A DNA stretch of 42,080 bases from Solirubrobacterales bacterium (GTDB taxonomy: Bacteria; Actinomycetota; Thermoleophilia; Solirubrobacterales; Thermoleophilaceae): positions 1 to 42,080 of the forward strand of contig JBBPXW010000010.1 of the NCBI GenBank assembly GCA_038200525.1, written 5' to 3'. The notes beneath the pieces are model-generated. The model had not been told where the DNA came from. It made no database searches and worked only from the letters and a program-made list of their open reading frames with translations. The stretch's first letter is position 1; each line of letters begins with the position of its first letter. Both the position numbers and the translations under genes were made by a program. Shown here in pieces: positions 35,394 to 42,080 of this stretch.

Positions 35394-36158
35394 TGACCGC
35401 TTCCGGGCGACGATCGCGATGTAGTAGAGGGGGTCGCCCGACACCGCGAGCCGGTGGCGGTAGCGTCGCTGGGCCTGCAGCTCCATGGTCCCGTCGTCGA
35501 GGGCCGTCTGGATCATCTGCTCGAACCCGCTGCGGTCGCCGTCCTCGACGAACTTCTCCTTGATGTTGAAGGCGATCAGGCCGTCGTCGTCGACCAGGTT
35601 GTACGCGGCGCTGAACGCCTCCGGCGGAATGTCGCCGAAGCCGAGCGCTGCGACCGTGGTCAGGCAGTTGAACCGCTTGGCCTCGAGCTCCGTGCGCGCG
35701 TCGGCCGGGATGTCGGTGAGGTCGACCACGAAGTAGTCGTCGTAGAGCCCGGGACGGTCGCGCTCTGCCGCTTCGGCGGCCTCCTCGATGATGTCGACGC
35801 CCACGATGGTTCCGGCGCCGAGCTCGTCGAGCTCCTCGCCCACCATGCCGTTGCCCGCGCCCACGTCCAGCACCCGCAGCGCGGCCCGCTGCTCGCCGTC
35901 GAGCTGCTCGCCGATCAGGTCCGCGACCGTCCGCGGCGAGTCGCACTTGAGCTCCTCGTAGAACAACTGCTCATACAGCCCCGGCAGCTTGAAGATCTCG
36001 TGGTAGTCGTGAAACCGGATCTTCCGAATCTCGCCGTCGACCGCGACCTCGCAGAACTCCTCGTCCTGGTCACGGTCCTCCTCCCTGCCGCGCGGAAAGG
36101 TGATGTCGAAAGGTTTCTCGGCGGTGGCCACTGCGGGGCGGCTTGGAGAGTCGGTCAC
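35385..36158 (-). CDS. class I SAM-dependent methyltransferase with a roughly 90-aa N-terminal extension
   Basis: Motif I VLDVGAGNGMVG and post-I VGVDIIE. N-terminal FCEVAVDGEIRKIRFHDYHEIFKLPGLYE. GTG start with AGGAGG 11 nt upstream. Confidence 0.75.
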   Translation of the reverse strand: MTDSPSRPAVATAEKPFDITFPRGREEDRDQDEEFCEVAVDGEIRKIRFHDYHEIFKLPGLYEQLFYEELKCDSPRTVADLIGEQLDGEQRAALRVLDVGAGNGMVGEELDELGAGTIVGVDIIEEAAEAAERDRPGLYDDYFVVDLTDIPADARTELEAKRFNCLTTVAALGFGDIPPEAFSAAYNLVDDDGLIAFNIKEKFVEDGDRSGFEQMIQTALDDGTMELQAQRRYRHRLAVSGDPLYYIAIVARKRSDL

Positions 36159-36198
36159 TCGGGTTCCTGCCTCCTAGGGTTGTTCGCAAAGGACACCG

Positions 36199-36238
36199 AC
36201 TTCCCGGATTCCGCTCAACAATGGGTCACGGGAAGTCT
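36199..36238. repeat. inverted repeat GACTTCCCG-N22-CGGGAAGTC in the methyltransferase 5' leader / tRNA-Arg trailer
   Basis: Perfect 9-bp arms at 36199-36207 and 36230-36238, in a 197-nt spacer with visibly lower GC. Confidence 0.6.
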
Positions 36239-36355
36239 GTGGTACGGCGTAGTGCCTACGCGCCAGCGTTTGCCGTGTCAGGGCGCAACCGTCTGCGGGC
36301 AGCTCGGAAAAGGTTACCGGGAAAGGCGCGGATGCTCGCCGGGCGGGTCTGAGAG

Positions 36356-36429
36356 TGCCCCGAGCTGGATTCGAACCAGCGGCCTTCCCCTTAGGAGGGG
36401 GACGCTCTATCCAGCTGAGCTATCGGGGC
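36356..36429 (-). tRNA. tRNA-Arg (anticodon CCT)
   Basis: Acceptor GCCCCGA/TCGGGGC. D arm AGCTCAGCTGGATAGAGC. Anticodon stem TCCCC/GGGGA with loop CTCCTAA. T arm GCTGG-TTCGAAT-CCAGC. Discriminator A. Confidence 0.95.
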
Positions 36430-36481
36430 AGGGCGACGCCCTGGCGGAGGCTACCGCGCGTCTGCTCGCCCGCCATCGGGC

Positions 36482-37096
36482 TCAGGCGTCGTCCTCGTAC
36501 AGCGACTCCCGGGCAAGCTCTGCGCCCCGTGCGCCGAACATGCGCACGTCGAGGTAGTCGCCGACGAAGGCGTCGAGGCTCACCAGCGTGAACCGGTCAT
36601 CCACCAGCACGCATTGATCCGTGGTCTCGGGCCCGAGCTCGGCGGTGGCGACGGCACCGTTTTCCACCAGCGACACGCCCCAGACGAGCGTGATCACGCC
36701 ACGACGTCCGTCGAGGCCGCGCCACTGACCGATCTCCTGGTCGGAGAGGTCGAGGCTCCAGTCGGGGTTTGCCTCGGCGGTCTCGTCGGTGTAGTCGACC
36801 ACGGCGTGAAACGCAGCGGCCTGCGCGCCCTCGTGCTCGCGGGTGTAGCTCACGTATCCGAACAGCTCGTAGCCCTCCGACGTGGTCGCCGTGCCCGGCA
36901 CGTACGTTCGAGCCCCCCACGTGCGGTCGGGAAACCAGCGGATGTCACCCGCCTCGCCGAGCTTCTCTTCCGAGTCGATCCCCTGCGCCTCCGCCCGGAA
37001 GTGCTCGGTGAGCGCCTCGCCCCAGCGGCCGTAGGGAATCGGCTCCTGCGGGGGCTCGGCGACGAAGGTCGGTATTGGTCGTGACGAAACCGGCAT
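36482..37096 (-). CDS. hypothetical acidic protein, no family recognised
   Basis: 204-aa ORF between galT-like and tRNA-Arg with coding-like codon bias. No motifs that I can name. Confidence 0.55.
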   Translation of the reverse strand: MPVSSRPIPTFVAEPPQEPIPYGRWGEALTEHFRAEAQGIDSEEKLGEAGDIRWFPDRTWGARTYVPGTATTSEGYELFGYVSYTREHEGAQAAAFHAVVDYTDETAEANPDWSLDLSDQEIGQWRGLDGRRGVITLVWGVSLVENGAVATAELGPETTDQCVLVDDRFTLVSLDAFVGDYLDVRMFGARGAELARESLYEDDA

Positions 37097-37135
37097 CGCC
37101 CGGAACCTACAGCGTCGATGCGGGGGCGACCAGGA

Positions 37136-38185
37136 TTACGGCAGGGCGACTTCGCGCAACTGCTGCGCGGCGTGCTCGGGCGCAAGCGCACACAGCTGCA
37201 CACCGGTCCCGAGCTCGAGACCGGCCGGCTGTGCCAGCCGTGGGACCACGTCGATACGCCAACAGAACGCGCCCGCGCCGGTTGGCGCGGTGCGCACCCA
37301 CAGGTTCAGTGCCGGCGAGGCGCCCAGGCAGGCCTGGAGGCGCCGCAGCACGTCGAACAGGGTCGTGGCACCGGTGTCGCCGTCATCCTCGAATCGGGCC
37401 CGCGGAGCACGCGGGATGACCTGCACATGAAACGGCGCCCGGGAGGCGAAGGGGCAGATGGCCACTGCGTCACGGCCGACGGCCACGATCCGGTCGCGGC
37501 GGCGAACCTCCTCCTGCAGCACGTCGGCCAGCAGGTTGCGGCCCTGCGTGCGATCGAAGTAGGCGGTGAAGCGCTCCCGCTCGCGCGCCACGGCCGCCGG
37601 CACGAAGTGCAGCGCGAACAGCTGTGCGTGGGTGTGGGCGACCGAGGAGCCGGCGGACGCGCCCTCGTTGACGATCACATGCACGTAGGCGGCGCCGGCA
37701 TGGGCCCGCATCCGCAGTCGCCATACGTCCATCGCCTCGGCGAGGCCGTCAGCGCCGAGCTCCACGAGCGTGGACACCGGGGCGCAGGAGTTGATCACCA
37801 CCTCGTGCGCGCCGACCGCCGTGCTTGCCGCGAACAGGTCGGGCTCGCCCCGTCCATGCGCGAGCGGGTCGGGGACCAGCCGGTCCCCTGGCACGAGCGC
37901 CGGGTACCTGTTGGGCACCACCCGTATGCGCCATCCGGGACCGTTGGCGGCGCTGCCGGCGGGGCGCACGGCGTAGAGCTCCGGCGGCGTCTGATCCTCG
38001 GCCCCTTCGCGGAACGGATCGGTCGCGGGGTCGACGGCCTCCCGCTCGCCGGCCCCCGTTCGCGCGTCGGGCCGTTCGTCGCGGGTGTCGGCTACGAGCA
38101 CGCGGAGTCCCGACAGGGGGTCGATCCGCAGCTGTGGCACGGACCCGGCCTCGCTCAAAGGTGCTTCTCCGTTGGCGCGGGCCAC
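37136..38185 (-). CDS. galactose-1-phosphate uridylyltransferase-family (HIT superfamily) nucleotidyltransferase
   Basis: RIDPLSGLRVLVA..R..RP N-terminus, VVPNRYPAL and active-site HTHAQL (HxHxQ). The usual CxxC zinc motif position reads DPFREG. Confidence 0.75.
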   Translation of the reverse strand: MARANGEAPLSEAGSVPQLRIDPLSGLRVLVADTRDERPDARTGAGEREAVDPATDPFREGAEDQTPPELYAVRPAGSAANGPGWRIRVVPNRYPALVPGDRLVPDPLAHGRGEPDLFAASTAVGAHEVVINSCAPVSTLVELGADGLAEAMDVWRLRMRAHAGAAYVHVIVNEGASAGSSVAHTHAQLFALHFVPAAVARERERFTAYFDRTQGRNLLADVLQEEVRRRDRIVAVGRDAVAICPFASRAPFHVQVIPRAPRARFEDDGDTGATTLFDVLRRLQACLGASPALNLWVRTAPTGAGAFCWRIDVVPRLAQPAGLELGTGVQLCALAPEHAAQQLREVALP

Positions 38186-38209
38186 CCCGCGGTCGTCGTG
38201 GTCGGCGAT

Positions 38210-38800
38210 TCAGCGAGCGTAACGGCGGATGTCGCGCGCCAGAGAGCGCTCATCCGGGTAGCTGCCCTGCTTGATGTAGGCGACCCCGCCCTTGCGGTCG
38301 TAGAAGACCGTGGACGGAAACGCGTTCACCGCCTGGAGGTACTTGCCGATCTTCAGGTCGTCGTCGACGTAGCTTGGATAGGCCACCGGGAACTTGGCGA
38401 GGAACCTCCGGGCGCTCTTGTCGTTGTCCTGGCCGTCGACCCCGAGGAACGCGATCTGCTTGCCGCGCTTTGCGGCCTGGCGCTGGAAGTGGGGAAACTC
38501 GGCGCGGCACGGCGGACACCACGAGCCCCACTTGTTCACGACCACCGGATATCCGCGCAGCGCGCGAAGTCGCTTCACAAATGCCGTGCTCCCGCCGCCA
38601 AGCAGCTCCGACGACTGATCGTGCAGGGCGGCGAGGGGCGGCGGCGACCCCTCGAGCCGGGCCTTTGCCTTGGCGAGCGGCAGGGACGCGGGTGCCGCCC
38701 TCCCGGTGGCGGGCTCGCTCTTGCGGGCGTTGAGCACGCCCGCAACGAGGACCCCGACCAACACGACGGCGACAGCGACGAACATCAGCTTCCGGCTCAC
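38210..38800 (-). CDS. TlpA/ResA-like membrane-anchored thiol-disulfide oxidoreductase
   Basis: N-terminal TM FVAVAVVLVGVLVAGVL. Thioredoxin active site WGSWCPPCRAEFP. Confidence 0.85.
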   Translation of the reverse strand: MSRKLMFVAVAVVLVGVLVAGVLNARKSEPATGRAAPASLPLAKAKARLEGSPPPLAALHDQSSELLGGGSTAFVKRLRALRGYPVVVNKWGSWCPPCRAEFPHFQRQAAKRGKQIAFLGVDGQDNDKSARRFLAKFPVAYPSYVDDDLKIGKYLQAVNAFPSTVFYDRKGGVAYIKQGSYPDERSLARDIRRYAR

Positions 38801-39012
38801 CCGGTGCAGGGTGACAGAAGCCGGTTGTCGTCGTTAGGGCCCGCGTGTGCTGTAATTGGGAGGTCGCTGCACCGCATGTGCTGCGCGCGGCGCTCGAGGG
38901 ATACGCCCGAGGCGCCGATCCAACCGGGCAGAGCCGCTGCCTCCACTGAAGGTCTCTTCACCCCAGTGGACCGCGGCGCGGCCCGAACTCCTTTTACGAA
39001 TCCAGAGGCCTG

Positions 39013-41553
39013 ATGGCTGAAAGCACTTCCCTGGTCGAAAGCGCGGCGGTCTCCCGCGGCGATCTCAAACGCGCCGAAGCGTTTGCGCGCGAGCCATTCG
39101 TGCTCGAGGGCGAGGACGCCGAAACCGCGCTGACGCCGGGCACCGCCCGCCGCCGCGCGCTCGATGCCGCATTGGCCGAGATCGAGGCCGGCGTCGACGA
39201 GCCGTCTGTGGATTGGCGGCGCGAGTTCTCGCTGATGCTCGGCCTCGAGCGGCTGGTCTCCGAGGAGGAGCCCAAGCTCGTGGACGGCACCACGCTGTCG
39301 GCCCACCAGGTAGATGCCCTCTCGGGCACGCTGATCGCGCTGACCGCCGAGATCCAGGGCGCAGCCCAACGAGGCGAGTCGGCCAACGGCCACCACAAGG
39401 CCGGTGAGGTCGAGGAGCTGCCGTCCGGCGAGGTCGAGCTCGAGGGCGACGACGAGATCTCCGACGAGGACGAGCCGCTGGACTGGGACGCCGACTCCGG
39501 TGACGACGACGAGGCAGATGCCGTCGAGGGCGCCGCGCCCTCCGACGATCCGGGTGCCAACCGCCGCTTCTGGTTCGAGCACGCCACGGGGGCCGGCAAG
39601 ACCGTCGCCGCGTTGGGCTTCGTCGAGGCCTCGCGCACCGGCGGGGTGCTGATCCTCACCCACCGCCGCAACCTCGTGGACCAGTTCAACGGCGAGCTGG
39701 TCGACCGCGGCTACAAGAAGCGTGTCTGCGCCCCGATCATGACCGGCAAGGACAAGGGCGCAAATGTCGAGGGCCCCGTGACGGTCGAGACCTATCAGTG
39801 GTTCGTGCGCAACGTCGGCAAGATCTCCGACGCCTACACGATCGTCATCTGCGACGAGGCCCATACGGCGCTCGGGGAGAAGACCTCGGCGTCGATCCGG
39901 GAGTGGCAGGGCCCGATCTACGTGGGCATGACCGCCACAGGGGCGCTGATCGCCCGTCACGTGACCGATCTGTTCCCCACCCAGACGTCGCGGTTCGACC
40001 TGGCCCAGGCCGCCCGCCGCGCCGTGATCGCGCCGCTGCGCTGCGTGCGGATCCCGCCCGGTGTCGGCGTCCGCTCGATCTCCAAGGTGCCGCTGCGAAA
40101 GGGAGAGGTCGACCAGGACTTCGATCAGGAGGAGCTGGCCGCGCTGCTCGACCAGACGCCATTCAACGTGGCCATCGCCGACCTTTACAAGACCCGCTTC
40201 AAGGATCTGCCCGGGGTGGTCTACACCGCCGGCGTGCGCCACGCCCACAACGTGGCCGCCGCGTTCCGGGAGCAGGGCATGAAGGCGGTCGCGGTGTCGG
40301 GCGAGACGCCCAAGCGCGAGCTGACGCGCCAGCTGGCCGCCTACGAGCGCGGCGAGATCGACGTGCTCTGCAACGCCCAGCTGCTGGCCGAGGGCTGGAA
40401 CTCGCCGCGCGCCACCGTCTGCATGCACCTGGCGCCTACGGCGTCGCGGCGCATCTATCAGCAGCGGGTCGGCCGCGTGACCCGCCGCCAGCCCGGCAAG
40501 GAGGCGGGCATCGTCGTGGACTTCGTCCACCCCGCCACCACCAACGACGACCCCGTGGTCACGCTGCACTCGCTGCTCGACCGCGACGTCTATCGCGGCG
40601 GCGCGATCGTCGTCGGCCCCGTGCGCCGCGGCCGTGGGCGCAGGCTGCGCGTCGAGCGGCGCGTCGTGCCGGTGACCTCCGACGAGGAGCGCCGCGCGCA
40701 GGTGTTCGAGCGCGAGCTGTGGCGGATCGCCGTCGAGCACCTCTCGTGGGGTGAGCAGCACGCGTGGTCGGCGCTCGCGGGCGCGCGGGTGGCTTCCAAC
40801 AACTGGCGCCGCGCCAAGGCGATGCTCCACTTCGACGCCACCGGCGAGCTGCGCAGGCGCTACCTGGTCACCTGCCTGCAGCGAAACCGCAACACCCAGC
40901 TGCGCCTGCGGGCGCTTCAGGAGGTCGGTGCGCTCAAGGATCCCGAGGCCTTCGACGAGGCCGTCGAGCTGGTGGGCGGCTGGTCGCGCGACGAGCGCCG
41001 CGAGGGCGTGAAGGTGCTGCTCCTGGCACTGGCCGAGAAGCCGATGGGCCGCCGCGATCAGGCCTCGCGCTGGCTCTGGCACCTGGCGGAGTACAGCCGC
41101 GAGGTACACGAGGAGTACGCGGTGTCGCGCTGGCCCGAGACCAAGCGCCTGCTTGGGCTGCTTGTGAACTCCTCCGGAGGCGCGCACGCGCGCAACGCCC
41201 GGCGTTTGGTGCAGGCCTCGAAGAAGGAGGATCGCCGGCTCTCGGCAGCCCTGCTCGCAGCAGCCCTTGCCCACACGCCCGAGGCCCAACAGGTGCTCGA
41301 CGGCGCGCGGATGCGCATGGCGCGCAAGCCCAGCGCGCTCGCGCGCGAGCTGCTCAAGAACTTCCCGAAGGCGCGCCGCCGCCGCGGTGGACGGCGTCGC
41401 CGCGGGCGCGGCAAGGGTGGTGGCGAGGGCGAGGAGGTCGATGTCGACTCCCAGTCCACGAAGCGCGACGGCAGCGGCAACGCCAAGCGCAAGCGCGGCT
41501 CCCGCGGCGGGCGCAACAGCGACTCCGACAGCGAAGAGCGCGACGCGGCCTGA
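39013..41553 (+). CDS. superfamily-2 DEAH helicase (ResIII-type core) with acidic insert, HEAT-like C-terminal region and Arg/Gly-rich tail
   Basis: LSAHQVDAL, motif I HATGAGKT, motif II ICDEAHT, motif III MTAT and motif VI QQRVGRVTR. The 830-aa antisense ORF 38797..41289 is a shadow. Confidence 0.85.
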   Translation: MAESTSLVESAAVSRGDLKRAEAFAREPFVLEGEDAETALTPGTARRRALDAALAEIEAGVDEPSVDWRREFSLMLGLERLVSEEEPKLVDGTTLSAHQVDALSGTLIALTAEIQGAAQRGESANGHHKAGEVEELPSGEVELEGDDEISDEDEPLDWDADSGDDDEADAVEGAAPSDDPGANRRFWFEHATGAGKTVAALGFVEASRTGGVLILTHRRNLVDQFNGELVDRGYKKRVCAPIMTGKDKGANVEGPVTVETYQWFVRNVGKISDAYTIVICDEAHTALGEKTSASIREWQGPIYVGMTATGALIARHVTDLFPTQTSRFDLAQAARRAVIAPLRCVRIPPGVGVRSISKVPLRKGEVDQDFDQEELAALLDQTPFNVAIADLYKTRFKDLPGVVYTAGVRHAHNVAAAFREQGMKAVAVSGETPKRELTRQLAAYERGEIDVLCNAQLLAEGWNSPRATVCMHLAPTASRRIYQQRVGRVTRRQPGKEAGIVVDFVHPATTNDDPVVTLHSLLDRDVYRGGAIVVGPVRRGRGRRLRVERRVVPVTSDEERRAQVFERELWRIAVEHLSWGEQHAWSALAGARVASNNWRRAKAMLHFDATGELRRRYLVTCLQRNRNTQLRLRALQEVGALKDPEAFDEAVELVGGWSRDERREGVKVLLLALAEKPMGRRDQASRWLWHLAEYSREVHEEYAVSRWPETKRLLGLLVNSSGGAHARNARRLVQASKKEDRRLSAALLAAALAHTPEAQQVLDGARMRMARKPSALARELLKNFPKARRRRGGRRRRGRGKGGGEGEEVDVDSQSTKRDGSGNAKRKRGSRGGRNSDSDSEERDAA

Positions 41554-41563
41554 TCAGGCAGCG

Positions 41564-42080
41564 CTACCCGGGCGGCGCGATCGCGGACCCCAGGTGCACC
41601 TCGCCGGCGTCCAGGGCGAGCCGGGCGCCGCCGGGCACGTCGACCAGCAGGGAGCCGTCGCCATCGACCCCGGCGGCGGTGCCCGAGCCTTCGCCCCAGG
41701 TGACGGTGCAGCCGAGGAGGGCGTCGCGCTCGCGCCAGGCCGCGAGCATCTCGCCGGGCGGCTGGGCCAGTCGGCCTTCGAGCGCGCTTAGGAGCGCCGT
41801 GAGCGTTTCCTCGACCGTCGCCGCCGTTGCGCCCGCCGCCGTGACGGACGTGGCGTGCTCGGGCAGCTCTTCCGGCGGCGTGAGCACGTTGACCCCCATG
41901 CCGAGCACGGCCCAGTCCTCCTGCGGCCTGCCCTCCACCAGGATCCCGGCCACCTTTCGCCCTGCCACCCAGACGTCGTTCGGCCACTTGATCGCCACGT
42001 GGTCGAGCCAGGGCTCGAGCACGTCGCACAGCGCGACCGCTGCGGTGAGTGGGAGCAGCGCCGCTTCGTCGCCGAGGTCG
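41564..42080 (-). CDS. birA: biotin--[acetyl-CoA-carboxylase] ligase, N-terminal part outside window
   Basis: Has KWPNDVWVAGRKVAGILVE and GMGVNV motifs. The frame stays open to the window edge. Confidence 0.85.
   Translation of the reverse strand, partial: DLGDEAALLPLTAAVALCDVLEPWLDHVAIKWPNDVWVAGRKVAGILVEGRPQEDWAVLGMGVNVLTPPEELPEHATSVTAAGATAATVEETLTALLSALEGRLAQPPGEMLAAWRERDALLGCTVTWGEGSGTAAGVDGDGSLLVDVPGGARLALDAGEVHLGSAIAPPG

Noticed and set aside
38797-41289. 830-aa ORF on the minus strand
   Set aside because: It is exactly antisense to the helicase gene, whose SF2 motifs are unambiguous. The translation is Arg/Gly/Leu/Ala-rich with no motifs. This is a typical shadow ORF in high-GC DNA.

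Overview
This 42-kb window is very GC-rich (roughly 70%, estimated by eye). It looks like core chromosome of an Actinomycetota-type bacterium, possibly a Thermoleophilia/Rubrobacteria-like lineage; that placement is inference only. All calls rest on motifs I recognise in the supplied translations, on hand-checked start and stop codons, and on hand-counted codon-position GC. No searches were run.

Coding density is high. Many neighbouring genes are joined by ATGA/GTGA overlaps or 2-nt gaps. I recognise these groups:
- a polyprenyl synthase (5' partial), dcd and tatA-tatC
- a STAS anti-sigma antagonist, tRNA-Lys(CTT) and a class IV aminotransferase
- a five-gene nucleotide-sugar operon (wecB-like epimerase, dehydrogenase, Gfo/Idh/MocA oxidoreductase, hexapeptide acetyltransferase, membrane protein)
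- an RDD protein and purA
- a replication/ribosomal block: rpsF, an FkbM methyltransferase, ssb, rplI, dnaB and a DnaC-like ATPase
- otsA preceded by an RsbW-like pseudokinase and an IMPase-family gene
- an OmpR-type regulator, histidine kinase and HtrA operon
- envelope genes: class A PBP, MscS, PIG-V-like glycosyltransferase, CPBP protease and L,D-transpeptidase
- thiL, pyrE, tRNA-Arg(CCT), a GalT-like gene, a TlpA-like thioredoxin, a large SF2 helicase and birA (partial)

I found no rRNA, CRISPR array, transposase, integrase or recognisable defence island. The points most worth a second look are:
1. a DnaC/DnaI-type loader coupled to dnaB
2. the rpsF-ssb-rplI operon, which lacks rpsR and carries an inserted FkbM methyltransferase
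3. an IMPase, pseudokinase and OtsA module headed by a GrpB gene remnant
4. a helicase with an acidic insert, HEAT-like repeats and an RGG-like tail

Many long ORFs in the track are antisense or off-frame artefacts of the GC content.
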